64,000 bases of DNA from Eledone cirrhosa (lineage: Eukaryota). Positions 35,461 through 50,200 of the stretch are shown here, one piece after another. The first letter of the stretch is position 1, and every line of letters begins with the position of its first letter. The notes under the pieces are model-generated. The model saw nothing but the letters and a program-made list of their open reading frames with translations, had not been told where the DNA came from and searched no databases. Location: contig OZ024743.1 of NCBI GenBank assembly GCA_964016885.1, forward strand, positions 261,392,001-261,456,000, written 5' to 3'. A program made the translations under genes and the position numbers.

Positions 35461-36359
35461 TATCTTATGCAATTGTACTCTTCCCACTCCTGGATGATGG
35501 TTCACTTAAGTAGATTCAAGTCAGTGGGGATGCTATTTTAATTATATTTGTGAGTTTGTGAAGCAAATTTTCAGCAGGAGATAGACAGTAGGAGAAACTT
35601 GATATTGATATTTAACCTATAACTTCTGGTGGAGTTGTTGGAGTCCCATACTGTCATACAGCATTTCTTAAACATTTTTTAAAACCTGGTAGAGCCCATC
35701 CTCTCTCCAAGTGTGAACAAAGCAGAAGAGAGAGAGTGATAGAGAGGGAAAGAAATACAGAGAAAGAATCATCCCCAGAACTATTTTTATTAACCTCGAA
35801 AGGATAAAAGACAAAATTGATATTGGCAGGATTTGAACTCTGTGCGCAGAGACCTAGAATGAATATCCCAAAGCTTTCTGTCTGACGACTCTGCCAATTC
35901 ATAACTTAATCCTTTGGCATTTAAACTGGCTTTATCCAGCCAGAATTCTCTCACCTCTTTCTGTTCAAACCGGCTTTAACCGTCCACTCATACTGATGTT
36001 ACGGTATTGTTCTCAAAATAAATATCAAAATCTCATAGATTCGATACTATGTGAGATAAATCCTTTACCATGAAAATACAATAGTAGATATAGAATAATG
36101 TAAACCAGCTTGATGATAACAATATGATTTATTATAAACCATCACAACTCATTGAACAAACAGAAGCAAAGAAAGGTGAGAAAATTTGATATAGTTTGGC
36201 ACAAGAATGGCTGAGTTAAGGGGTTCACTTTGCAACAATGTTTCAGTTTCTGTCCTGCTACATGGCATATTGAATAAATGTATTCTACTTTGGCTTCGCA
36301 TTGACCAATTCCTTGTCAATAGAATTTGGTAGATGGAAACTGCAGAAAGCTGTCATGTA

Positions 36360-37320
36360 TATCATCATCATCATCGTTTTACATCTATTTTCCATGAATG
36401 GGTTAGACAGGTTGTCACGGTCTGAAGCTAGACAGGTCAGATGACTGTGTCACACTCATACATTCCATTCTGGCATGATTTCTACAGCCGGATGTCCTTT
36501 CTAACACCAACTACTTCATGGTGTGTACCAGGTGCTTTTTATCATAGCATCTCAACTACCACCTGACAGTGGACTGGTTGCATTTTTATCCTGATTCCAG
36601 AACTACAACTCTACAAGGCTGTGTGCATTTTATTGTGGCACCAGTACTACCACATTTCAAGACTAGGGCACTTGTGTCCTCAGCCAGACCGAGAGGGAAG
36701 TGAGTAGGTAGGCTACCTATTGCTTGCTGAGAGAGGCTGGCCTTAAGAGTAGTAAGGCCTGATAGTATTAAGAGGTGCACATGGCTTTCCATGCTGGTGT
36801 TTTTTTATGAGAAGGTGTGAATTCTGGGATAAATTTGGGGTTGCAAGTTGGGAGATGTATGCATTGGATTGTGGGTAGGGCGTCTTGGAGAGATCATGAC
36901 ATTTCGCCAGTCAACTTCGATCTTGTATCATCTCCTCTGTGAGGTTCAACTTTTTGAGGTTAGCCTTCACCTCATCATCCCATGGTTTTTTTTTAGCTCT
37001 TACTCTTCTGCAGGTTTCCTCTGTTTTGAGTACACTACACTTCTTTATGTAGCTCTCATCCTTCATATGCATAACATGGCCACACCAATGCAGTCTTCTT
37101 TCTTGTACACTGCATCCTTTCCCTCTTATGCCCATTTTTAAATCTTAGCCCATTAATGCTTTGTCATTCATGCATGCTACTATTACCTATCCATTGGAGC
37201 ATATTCACCTCATTGCTTTCCAATCATCACAGATCCTCTGCACTCAAGGTTCAAGTCTCATTTCTGTGCAACATCATGGTTCACATGCAGGCATTATACA
37301 ATCTGCCTTTCACTCAGAGA
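36360..37320 (-). mobile_element. RTE-clade LINE 3' fragment with (ATG)n tail
   Basis: VQERRLHWCGHVMHMKDESYIKKC..KPWDDEVKANL; CATCATCATCGTTT tail near 36362. Confidence 0.8.
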
Positions 37321-37880
37321 ACAGAGCCAACCGTAAAATTGCTCAGTATGAAAATTAGGCTATTCAGCCGATGTATACCTTAGAGAATACTATATATTCT
37401 CAAGAGTTCCAGTGAGTGACAGTAGAGAGATACACAATCTTGACAAAGGGCAATAATCCAGAAACAACATTGACGATTGTTTCTCTATCTTCCCGCTAGA
37501 ACAAAAGGATGGTGATGGTCATCTAAAAACATAGCGTAATGAGGCTGTCTACTTGCAAACAAATCGAATATTATTATTCAATATAAAACTCACAAATGCA
37601 TTTACATATCTGCTATGTTGGAGCGAAAAACCAAATTCTGATTTTATTATACAATTTAATTTTCTGTTTATTTTAGAACATAACATGGTTAGGGAAATAA
37701 AGTTAGTATAAAATATACACAACATTCACACCTATATTTTTTACTCTCTGTTTCTCTCTCTCTCTTCCTCCTGCTCTTACACTATTTCCCTCCCTCTCAT
37801 CTTCTTCCCTCTATCTCCCTTACACTAACTACCTTCTCCCCCTTCTCTCTCCCACTCCTCTTTTTCCATTCCACTTACAG

Positions 37881-37909
37881 AATCATGGCAACAATAGGCA
37901 ACTGTTCAA
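37881..37909 (+). CDS. Candidate 29-nt upstream exon of the cytokine receptor gene (ATG at 37885)
   Basis: Long pyrimidine tract, TTACAG acceptor and GTATGT donor. Splicing to the AG at 41142 gives in-frame [17 protein letters not shown]. Confidence 0.35.
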
Positions 37910-40756
37910 GTATGTATTGACTATGAACGTAAATCTGTTATTAATTTGAAGATGTGAGCTTTCCGGAAAGGGTTTACGCTATATATATATAGAGATATAT
38001 TGGTATACACATATGCATACATATATATCATCATCATCATCATTTAACATCCACTTTCCATGCTAACAAGAGTTGGATAGGTCTTCACAGATTGAATCAG
38101 TATTGAAGTAGGGCTACTGACTTCCCAGCCTGCATCTCACTTACATACAGTTCTACTTTCTACCAAGTTCATTTTATCATGGCACAATCACTAGAGAGGT
38201 GGTTGTGTCTATGACACAACTGGAGTGTCCTCCCAATGCTTTGTTTGCCAAGGTTTTTGTGGCTGAATGGCCTATCACCAACAACTTTACAGCATATACT
38301 AGGTGTGTTTATCATGTAGATCAGCAAGACTAGGGAGTTTCTCATACCCTTGTCACAACTAAAGGTCGTCCCAATCCGTTCTTTGGCAAGCTTTCTATGA
38401 CTAGATGTCCTTCCTGTCACCAATCTCCTTACAGTGTGTATATTTATACATTTGTATATGCATGTGTATCTTCATTATTATCATCACCATTTAACTTCTA
38501 TTTTCTATGATTGTATGGGTTGAACAATCTCATGTTATGGAGTTAAATAGGTCCAGTGACCTCATTTTGCTTATATGCTCTGTTTTTGGGGCTTGTTTCC
38601 CTAGCATCAACATGCATGTATATATTTATGATGGAGGCATATTTCAACTCTGTGTGTATGTGTGTATTTATGTATGTGTATATGTACATGTATCATGTTA
38701 AGTGTTAGTGTGTAGCCAGTGTGTATATGTGTGTATATATTTTTATATGTATCATGTGAAGTGTTATAGATTTACACTGACACACTGCCTTGCAATGCAG
38801 AACACCTCTCAGCTCTGATTTTCCTGTTGCAAAACATTGGCAAACCTCCTTTCAGCATCTTTTTTTGTGCTATGTATACATGTAATCTAGCCTCTCTATT
38901 AGCTGGCTAGTACTGGTCTCTGCTACCCCCATTTTCCCAGTCTTTCCATGCCAGTCTCTTGGCTTTAATGGCTCAATCTACTGTGCTGTTCCACCACCAG
39001 GTCTCTCTGTATCTGGATGGCGATTAGCTCCAGCCTCAAGTCTTTTCAGTAGTTTGTAGTAGGTTATCACATAGGAACTTCCAATTGTCCTCTATGCCAT
39101 GTGTCTAGCTCATCTTCCTTATCATATGCTTCATGTAATCTTTTAGCTTCCAAACTCTCCTCCTCCAGGTTTTCTGTCTTGAGCTTATTTTGATGTTAAT
39201 AACTACTTTAAGTTGGGCAGTGCATACTTCTGGGAAGGTTTTAATATTTCTAACCATCTGTCTATCTTGTTTTCTAACAAGTATAAAGTCAGTCTGGCTC
39301 GTGTGTTCACCTGACTCCGCTCGACGCAATACATTGTCATCTCTACCATGAAGATTCAGCAATTTGAGATCAGCTCTCACAACTTCTACCCAGGCCTTCC
39401 TTGGTCTTCTTCTATTGCAGCTTCTTTTCACTGGGATTTCTTAGTTCTTCTTCACCCAGTGATTATCATTTGTGTGCATCACATGTCCATACCAGCACAG
39501 TTTTCTCTCCTGCTCACAACATCTGATTCCTTCTATGCTCAGTTTATCTCTCAGTTCATCCATGTTTTGTCCCTCTCTGTTGAGAAAAAAATTGATCAGG
39601 ACCAAAAGAATGAATGATGCTTATTCAGAAACCCTAAAGACATTTAGGTGGTCATGTACACAAAGTTTCCAGCAATTTTGATGGTTCTCAGAGTCATGAG
39701 TATCAATGAAGATGTCATGCTTTCTCACTTCTTTCCTCAATGCTTAAGGGTCAGTGCTGCTGACTATAAGGTGTTGGAGAGTGTTGTGAGACGTTTGACA
39801 GAGATCATGAGCAAAGCAAAGGATGACCGTACACCTACCAACAAGACCCTGTGCCATCTCATAAAGCCAAGACAACCCAAGAATGGACGAGTTACAATCT
39901 CCACAATCAAGTCAAATCAAACATATGACCTCCTAGCTCTCCAGACCTGAATCTGTTGGACTTCTACATATGAGGTGTAGTGGAGAGGGAAGTCAATCAA
40001 TGCCACTATAACATCTCTAAAATCTACCATAACTAATACAATATCCAATGTGGATAATGATCATTTGTTTTAGACATTGTATTGAAGCAGTCATCGATGC
40101 TGGCAGTGGATTCATTGAATAGATACATCAAGAAGAGTGAAAATGATTCATGCCAATATTTTCTCAAATAAAGCTCTTTTATGTATTATCCGTCTTTTAC
40201 TATATTTATGTAAATGTCCTCAAAGAACAGAACAACTCTATATATATGAGTTATGTGGATATATGTTTTGAAATAAGTTTTAAAAATCATAAATGAACTC
40301 CATGTATATATATGTGATTTTTACCTTTTCCTTGGACAACATGTTTGTGTGTGTGCGTTGAAATTCAAATGAGTTAGATAGATGTGACATTCTTACGACA
40401 TAACAATTCATCCAATAATTATATGTAACTCACAGAAATTAATTGGGAGTTTGTACATAAGCTGTGGACAGTCTAGAACTTATTTTCATGGAGTTTTCAT
40501 ATGTTGTTGTACATACCATATTTGTACAGATTTCTGTACACATATGTATTTTTTTAAATATATAGTGTAATGCTAAAAATAAACATATATACACATGTGC
40601 ACATATATATTGTATTGAAGGAGCTGCTCAATAAGTCTTATCAATTCTATCTCCCTGCACTTATGGGTACTGGTCAACCCGAGGTTATAGCAACAGACAC
40701 TTGACCAAAGTTTTGTAGATTAGAATTAAAGTATTTCTAAAATTAATTTAGACATG

Positions 40757-41030
40757 TGGAGGCATGTGGCCTTGTGGTTGGACTTACGATCATAATGTTG
40801 TGGGTTCAATTGCTGGGCTGAGTTGCGTGCTGTGTTCTTGAGCAAAACACTTCATTTCACATTGCTCCAGTATACTCAGCTGGCAATGAGTACCAGCAAT
40901 AGCTGGAAGTTTAACCCTGCAATGGACTGGCATCCTGTCCAGGAGGGACTCTTGTACTCTGTCGCTTCACACCATGAAACCGGGATAAGCACTATAAGCA
41001 CCAGCATAACGAGCCTTCTGGCTTAAGAGA
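40757..41030 (+). mobile_element. tRNA-derived CORE-like SINE; a related antisense copy lies at about 60790-61148
   Basis: TGGCCTTGTGG A box, GGTTCAATT B box, and TGTGTTCTTGAGCAAAACACTTCATTTCAC core. Confidence 0.75.
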
Positions 41031-41150
41031 GACTTTTAGACTTAGACTAAAAATAATTGCAAAAGTAAATATTTTTGGATTATTTTGTTAAATAAATTTA
41101 TTAATGTCTGTTTCTCTCTCTTTCTTGTTTATGTAACTAAAGCTTTCAAT

Positions 41151-41214
41151 ATGGCAATGATTCTACTAGACTTGCTGCTGCTTCTTCCATTAACCAGTAG
41201 CTATGCTGAAATAT
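41151..41214 (+). CDS. Receptor exon: signal peptide
   Basis: [21 protein letters not shown]; donor GTAAGT at 41215; upstream acceptor AG at 41142. Confidence 0.85.
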
Positions 41215-44200
41215 GTAAGTATTCTTATTTGTCAGACTGTCTTCTTTTTCTTCTTCTTCAACATGGTATGTGAAATAATTACAACTGCATTATCACGCAA
41301 AGCTTTCCACATTGCAGCCAAGGTCACAATAACAGATTAAAGTCTAAGCAAAGAATCGCTGCTTTCACCCTTAACGGGATCTTCTGAAACTAAAAAAATC
41401 AATCTGTGAACGCAGAAGTAAATATTTCGATAAACGTTGCAACCAAAGTAAAACAGGGAGACAATACTTTGGTTCGTGAAGACGTTCCCTGGCAATGAAC
41501 GGAAAATAGCGAAGATAATACATCAGCAATGAGAACAATATTTGTCATAATGTAATGCAGACAGATATTATGAGGGCGCGATTTTATAGCTATGTATCTA
41601 TATAAAAGGACAGACTAAGAAAGACAGAGATCGCTAACCGGCGCCTAATGCGGTCCCTAGGGCATTGAAAATTTGAAATATTTTTTGCTCAAAACACTCA
41701 CACGGCCATAAGTATTACATGTGTAAAGTTTGAAAAAAATCGGTTGGGTGGTTCTCGAGTTTTAGGGAGTCAAACAGACAGAAAGATTCTCTGTTTTAGA
41801 TATATAGATTAAGGAGACATTTAGTAGGTATTGTGGCATGATTCTTGTAAATAGCGGAATGATTATGAGGTGAAGTATAAGATCTATTAATTCATTTTTT
41901 ACTAGATTAGACAGAATAAGTATAATAAAAACAATGCATATATATGACTTCTCCACCCCATACATTAATTTAGAACTGGATTTGGTTAACAAAGGGGTAG
42001 GTAGAATAATGGTTTCTGATTTAGGCACAAAGCCAACAATTTTGTGGGGAGGGGAAAGTCAATTAAATTGCCTCCAGTGCATTACTGGTACTTTATTTTA
42101 TTGACCTTGTAAAGATGAAAGGCAAAGCTAACCTCGATGTGATTTGAACTCAGAACATAAAGGGCTGTAACTCTATGCCGCAAAGCATGTTGTCCAACAT
42201 TCTACTGATACTGCTAAGCCACTGGTAGGTAGACTAATAAACCTGATTTTTGAAAATAAGTTTCCTTTAAAGTACAACAGATACACTAACTGGATAAAGG
42301 ATAAACTCAAACTTGCAGTCTTATTTATAGTAAATAAGTCTTACATTGCAGTTGCAGGTAGTATTTTCAGGCAGGTCAAAAGCACATTGATGTCACTATC
42401 GAGGGGAACGAGGAGTTAATAGTGACAAAAGTTTACAATAAAACTAGAGATTTTGGTTTTAAGGTGGCATGGATGCCCTTCGCATCCAACTGTTGATGGG
42501 ATACAAGTTTTCGAATCAAATTATACAATATGGTAGGATAAATAGCCAGATAAATGTTTGGCAGAAGAGGTTAGAAAACTTTAAACACATGATGCAACAA
42601 GGATATGACAGAAACTTTCAGATACAACATTTTCGTCATAGCCTTGGTATTAACCCTTTAGCATTTACATTACTCTATATTTACTATTATATTTTCACAG
42701 TAAACAATTTATCTGACATAATTATCCCACATAATATCGAATCTACGATATTTTTAATATTATTTATTTTGAGAACTATACCCTAACGTCAGTATGAGTA
42801 GCCAATTACAGCCAGTTTGAACAGAAAGAGGTGAGAGAATTCTGGCCGGATATGGCCAGTTTAAATGCTAAAGGGTTAAAGGGGAGATTCTGAGAAAGTT
42901 AGGAGTTATTTCCAGTTTACAGTTGGAAAGTGTATGGCTACATTCTTAGCTAAACTTCTTGAGATCCTACTACATTTCTTGTGTACCCATAGTTTGCATA
43001 TGGGGTAGAGGATAGAGTTTCTACCTACACCTTTCCTACATACTGAGCAAGGCCATTTCCCCGAGGGGATCTGGGTTCTGTTTTCTCTTCTACTTACGAG
43101 CACCTTAGTCTTTGTCAGGTTGACTTTAAGACCCCTTCTTTCTAGGCCCTGCTTCCATGTTTGGAATTTCTTCTCTAGTTCTACCATAGATTCAGCTATG
43201 AGTGTAAGATCATCCACGTACAGACGTTCCCATGGGCAGCTGGTCTTAAACTCCTCCGTTATAACCTGCAAAACGATAATAAACAGGAGCGGGCTAAAAA
43301 CAGCCCTGGTAGATGCCAACTTGTACATTAAATTCCTCACTATAGTCACTTAATCCTGACCTTGCTGACTGCTCCTCTATACATGCGTTGTACTGGTTTC
43401 ACAAGCCACTCATCTACTCCTAGCTTTCTAAGAGCCCACCAGATTATGTCATGGGGCACTCTGTTGAAAACTTTCTCCAGATCAGCAAATGCCAGGTAGA
43501 GCGGTTTACTTTTAGCTAGGTACTTTTCATGTAACTGTCTCACAAGGAAGAAGGCATCAGTGGTGGTACATTCCTGGTACAAATCCAAATTGCATCTCAT
43601 CTAGATTTATCCTGTCCCTAATCAACCCTGCTATGACTCTTTCTGTTACTTTCATGACGTGGTCCATCAGTTTTATACCTCTATAGTTTCCTCTATTTAG
43701 TGCATCTATATATATGTATATATACACATAGATCAAGAGCAGTTGGAAAAACTTGGCAGGTGGTGAATTCCAGAAGGTTTCATCACTACGCATTGGTGAC
43801 CAATGTTAAATAGATTCTGGTGAAGATCTAACAAAGACTCTTCTTGCCAAAGGTGCCAGGTCAGGCTATACAGGGACTGAACCTAAAACCACAAGTTTGT
43901 GAAGCAAATTCCTTAACCACAAGGCCATACATACATTTGTTTAATAAATTATTCATTTTTTTAATTATTAATATATTGATTTCTTTTCTATCACTCCAGT
44001 GCTGGAACCAATGAACCCCTTAGTCTTTGTAGGAGACTGTATTGTGTTTACCTGCAGACTAAACTCCACAACTTTGACCAATTCTTCAGCTCTGTATTTC
44101 TCATATAATTCCATAGCATTTCCTCAAAAAGAAATGACATTCAAAAAGACATATGTTACTTTTAAGAAATGTTTTAGCAGTACTCAGGAGAAAGGCACCT

Positions 44201-47200
44201 ACTTGTGCAAATATTCAGGTTCAACTGAATTCTTTGCCCAGTGGGTAGATGTTGAAGGTAAGTATTGTGTGTGTATATATATGTGTATATGTGTGTGTAT
44301 TTGTGTTGAGGTGTATATGTATGTGGCTGTGTGTATGTCTCATGGAAATATGAAGATTAATTTATAAAATATTCAAATCTAAATACACTAGAGAAGACTG
44401 GGTGCATGTTATCCTGACACTAACACTTCACAGGGTGCAACAGCACTAGAGAAGTTGTCACATGCTAGGCCAGACTGAAGAGTCCTCTTTAACCCTATAT
44501 TGTCTCCATTTGATTTCAGTTACCAAACACTGTAGCCTCTGGTCTCTCACCACACTTACTTTTAGTGTCACAGTGCTTGTACTGATGGACAAGTTTTTTG
44601 GATTATGGCATATTACCAGTCAGCTCAGTCATGTGACATCTAATGGCTTATAATGTAGCTACTGTTAATATCTGCCCTTGAGAAGTATTTGGGTCATGGT
44701 ATATATGTATACCATCATCATCATCACCCTTTTTACATCTACATTTCCATGCTGGCATGGATTGTACCAGACACTCAGTGCCTTTTTTTTTTTTTTATAT
44801 GACAAAATGTCTTTCCTGATGCCACCCCATGTTTTATGTCAAGTTTTGTATATACTGCTGACCTTTGTCAAACCACTAAACTGTAAAACAGCAATGCTGG
44901 TGTCATGATAAAATACACCCAGTTCATTCTGTAAAGTGGTAGTGCTGGTGACATGATCAAATATACCCAGTACACTCTGTAAAGTAGTAGTGGTGGTGAC
45001 ATGATCAAATGTACCCAGTACACTGTGTAAAGTGGTAATGCTGGTGCTATGTTAAAATATACCCATTACATGCTGTAAAGTGGTAGTGTTAGTGCCATGA
45101 TAAAATATATCCAGTTCTCACTGTAAAATAGTGGTGCTGGTGCCATGATAAAATGTACTCAGTACATTCTGTAAGTGGTAGTACTGGTACTACAATAAAA
45201 TGTACTCAGTACATTCTGTAAGTGGTAGTACTGGTACTACAATAAAATGTACTCGGTACGCTCTGTAAGGTGGTAGTACTGGTGTCATGATAAAATACTT
45301 CCTGTCCACACTGTTAAGTAGTAGTGTTGGTGTCATGATAAAATGTATTCAATCCACTCTGTAAAGTGGCTGACATTAGGAAGGACATCCAGCCATAGAG
45401 ACTGTGTTAAAATGGAATGTATGAGAAAACTTAATCATTTGACCTGTTTACTCATAGAATGTGATGACCTGTCAACCCCATTCCAGCATTGAAAACATGT
45501 GTAAAATGGTGATTGTTTCTACTTTTGGCACAAGGCCAGCAATTATCCCAGTGCATTACTGGTGCTTTATTTTATTGACCCCATAAAACGGTGATAATAA
45601 TGACAGGTGTGTATGTGTGTTCATATACATGTGTTTATATGTAAATGTGTACATATACATGCATGTGTGTATGTATGTAAATATTGTGTGTTTATGTATG
45701 TGAAAGTCATATTTTTCTTCAATTAACCCTTTAACATTTACATTACTCTATATTTACTATTATATTTTCATAGTAAAGGCTTTATCTTAGGTAATTACCT
45801 CACATAATTATTGAATCTATGAGATTTTGATATTATTTATTTTGAGAACAATACCTTAACATTAGTATGAGTGGCCGGTTTGAACTGGAGGTGAGAGAGT
45901 TCTAGCCGGATATGGCCAGTTTAAATGTTAAAGGGTTGAGCCCATTTCTTTACTAATCAAATTTGTTTTGCATTTGTTTCTTTTATAACCAGAAAAATTA
46001 GTTCCAATTCCTAAGGATTCTATAAAGTGTATCATATCTGACTGGAAAAGCTTGAATTGTACATGGAGTATTGGACAAGAATACATTTTTAAGGAAAATC
46101 TTTTTGTTAATATGTGTTTTTCCATGTAAGTAAGATATTTGTGTGCATCAATGTATATGTATTATCTCACATAATAGCCAATCTATGAGATTTTGATATT
46201 ATTTATTTTGAGAACAATATCTTAAAATCAGTGTAGGTGGCTGGTTTGAACTGAAAGAGGTGAGAGAATTCTGACCGGATAGAGCCTGTTTAAATGCTAA
46301 AGGGTTAAGAGGAAGTCTTTACTAAGTAGAGTTAAGTGTGTGAGATATGGACAGTGTATAATAACAGAAGCAACAATATTATACACTAATACTTTAGCTC
46401 ATTAGGTTTCTTAGGCAATAAAAGCTGTCTGAGTATTTTAGAATTTTGCTTTCTTTGTGCCTGTATACTTATATATTTGAAAAAAGAGAAGAATGACTTC
46501 ACTGGGGTTTGTAAAAGATTGGATTATTCAAGCATACCAACCACCAGTGAAGTCATTCTTTTCTTTTTTTCAGATATATCTTACTGTACTAAATATATAT
46601 ATAGAGAGCAATTGTAAAATGGTGTTGGTGATGATGATATATTGATATATATATATATCATCATCATCACCGTTCAGCGTCAATTTTCCATGTTAGCATG
46701 GGTTAGACGAGTTGTCCCTTTGTGAGACAAGTCAGATCAGATAACTGTGTCTTGTTCATACAGAAGTTTTTCTGGCTTGGTTTTTACAGCTGGATGCCCT
46801 TCATAATATCAACCACATTTACTGAGCAGACAGGGTGCTTTTTATCATGGCACCAAAATGACCACTTTACAGTGTGGACTGGGCACTTTTTGTCATGTCA
46901 CCAACACTACCACTTTGCAGATTGGACTGGGTGCTTTTGTCATGTCACCATCACAACCACTTTACAGAGTGGACTGGGCATTTATTGTTGGGTCATTAAC
47001 ATGACTACCCTACAGAGTGGACTGGGTGCTTTTTGTCATGTCCCCATCACAACCACCTAACAGGACAAACTGGGTGCTCTTTATAATGTCAACAGCCTAA
47101 AGACTAGATGGCGGACTGGGCACCTTCTGTCGTGCCACCAACATGACCACTTTACAGGGTGAACTTGTCACTTATTTGTTATGTCACCAGCATAACCACT

Positions 47201-50200
47201 TTGCAGGAAGAGCGAGTGGCTTTTTTGTCATGTTACCTTACAGAGAGGACTAGGTGTTCTTTTGTTATGATACCAACGTGTGGACTAGGGGCTTTTATTG
47301 TGTTACCAACATGACCACCTTACAGGATGGACTAAGAGATTTTAGCCATTTCATCAGTATTGTGGGAGAGTGTGTCCAGTTTTCCATGCTTGTATACATG
47401 GGTTGGTCCAAAGAGGTGCATCAGAAATGGAAAGTGTGGGGGGAGCATGTAATATGTACAAGAGTCTAGCTCTAAACACCATTTTGATAATGAAATAATT
47501 AATAATTTTAGTTAATCCCTCCAAATTTTTCATCAATTGATTGAAATATAGAGTATGTCATTAGAGAGACAGTAAGGAAAGGGTTAATGTATGGTATGTG
47601 TTTAATAAGATCAATATATTGTATTTCATTGTATTCTTGACAATATGTTGACATATTGTATGTCTGTAGGAAGTTTGAAATAGATGAAATATGCAAAGCA
47701 GGAGCATTGACCGGACTGACAATACCTAGAAGTGAGATCAATATAGAATTACCACTTCGTTTAGCTGTAATAGTCTACTACAGACATCAGTCAATTGAAC
47801 TGAAACAAACCACATACTTCAACTTGAATTTATCAAAGCCAAGTAAGAGAACTTATTATACATTAAATCTTATCATCATATACCATATGAAACCATATTA
47901 GAAAGACATTTTTGAAAAGTACAAACAGTACCATGACTGCTTCATAGGAAACATTGAAGTCTTTACTATAATACTACAAATGTTCATAAGGATCTGTTCT
48001 TTAGTAAAGATACTATAAATATTTGAATTAACAAACTCATTTTTAGATATTTTCTAATCAATCAAAGTGGGGGTTGCTGGCAATTTAGAACTGAGTTCAT
48101 CATCATCATCATCATCGTTTAACGTCCATCTTCCACGCTAGCATGGGTTAGACAGTTTTCCATTTGATGCGGGAATGGTCGGGAGACCGTGTCTCTGGCA
48201 GGTTTTTTACAGCTGGATGCCCTTCCTAACACCAACCACATTTACAGTGTGGACTGGGAGCCTTTTTACTGTGTCTCCAACACGACCACCTTACAGTGTG
48301 GACTGGTGCGTCATCGACAAAGTGGACGGAACGGGAAAGGGAGGATGGGGTGGGTTGTAGATTGAGTTAAGAGGTGCCTACTGACTAGGTTTGTATGCAA
48401 TGGCAGTCGGGTCTTCTGTACAACTGCATGGTGCCAAAGGTCTCGATCCAGTGTCATTGTCTTAGAGAGGTGTAGGTGGGCAAGGTCAGTTCTTATCACC
48501 TCATCCCAGGTTTTTCTTGGTCTACCCACGCCGTAGCTTCCATCAATTTTCATTGCCCTGCACTTTTTTATACAGCTGTCATCCTTCATACACATCACAT
48601 GTCCATACCAACGCAATCTTCTCTCCAGAACAGAACATTTGATACCTCTTATGCTTAGTCTCTCTCTTAATTCATTTATGCTTCGCCTTTCGTGCACATT
48701 ACTATTACAGATCCATTGGAGCATGCAAGCTTCATTTCTTTCTAATCTATGCAGGTCTTCAGCACACAATGCCCAAGTATCACTACCATGTAATATTGCT
48801 GTTCGTATACATGCATCATACAAGCTACCTTTCATTTTTAAAGAAAAACCCCTTGTGGCCAACAGTGGTATTAGCTCTCTGAACTTTTGCCGTCCCGTTC
48901 TAACTCTGACTACTACACTTTCAGAGCACCCTCCTCCACTGCTGATTTTGTCACCCAGGTAACGGAAAGTGTCTACTATTTTTATAGAACCATCTGGGCA
49001 GTTGAAGGAGATAGCATCCAGTGGGTCCTTGCTACTTACTGCACCTGAACATCGGCCACATATAAAATCTTCATTCTTAGATAGCTTACCTGTGATCCCA
49101 CTACATCTTTTATGTACCCATAGTTCGCATTTTAGACATAGAATGGAATTTCTACCTACTCCTTTCTTACACACTGAGCATGGCCATTTCCCAAGGGTAC
49201 CTGTGCCCTATTCTACATACTAGAACCTTACATACTAGAACCTTAGTCTTAGACAAGTTGACTCTAAGGCCTTTTGATTCAAGGCCATGCTTCCATGTTT
49301 GGAATGTCCTCTCTAGTTCAGCCATGGATTCATTTATGAGAGTTAGATCATCTGCATATAGACGTTCCCATGGTCAACCAGTCTTAAACCCTTCTGTTAT
49401 AGCCTGTAGGACAATAATAAACAGGAGGGGGCTAAGGACGGAGCCTTGATAAACCCCTACTATTACGCTAAATTCATCACTATATATATTGTTAATTCTA
49501 ACCTTGCTGACTGTTCTTCTATACATGGCTTGTATAGCTCTCACAAGCCTTTCTTCCACTCCTAGTTTTCTAAGAGCCCACCAGATTAAGGTACGTGGGA
49601 CTCTGTCAAAGGCCTTCTCCAGGTCAACAAAAGCTAAGTAGAGGGGTTTACTGTTAGCTAGGTACTTCTCCTGTAATTGCCATATAAGGAAAAGAGCATT
49701 CGTCGTACTTTTACCTGGCACAAACCCAAACTGCATTTCATCTAGATCAATTTGGTCTCTAATCAGTTGAGTAATAACTCTTTCATGACTTGGTCAACTA
49801 ATTTAATGCCCCTATAGTTTCCTCTATCCAGGGCGTCTCCTTTGCCCTTGTAACAGTTGATGATGCTGCTGCTACGCCAGCCATTTGGTATGAGTTCATC
49901 ATCATCATCACCATTTTACGTCCGCTTTTCCCTGCTTGCAAGGGTGGGACAGGTCCTATTCAGCACAGCATCTCTCCACTTGTCATGATCCTTCATCATC
50001 TCCACCGTGAGCTTCAGCAATCTGAGGTCTGCTCTCACCACCTCCGCCCATGTTTTTCATGGTCTTTCTCTACTGCGTCTTCCTTCAACTGGCATTTCTT
50101 GGCACTTTTTTACCCAGCGGTCATCCTCCATGCGCATCACATGTCCATACCATTGCAGTCTTCTCTCCCGCACACTATAACTTATCCCTCTTAAACACAG

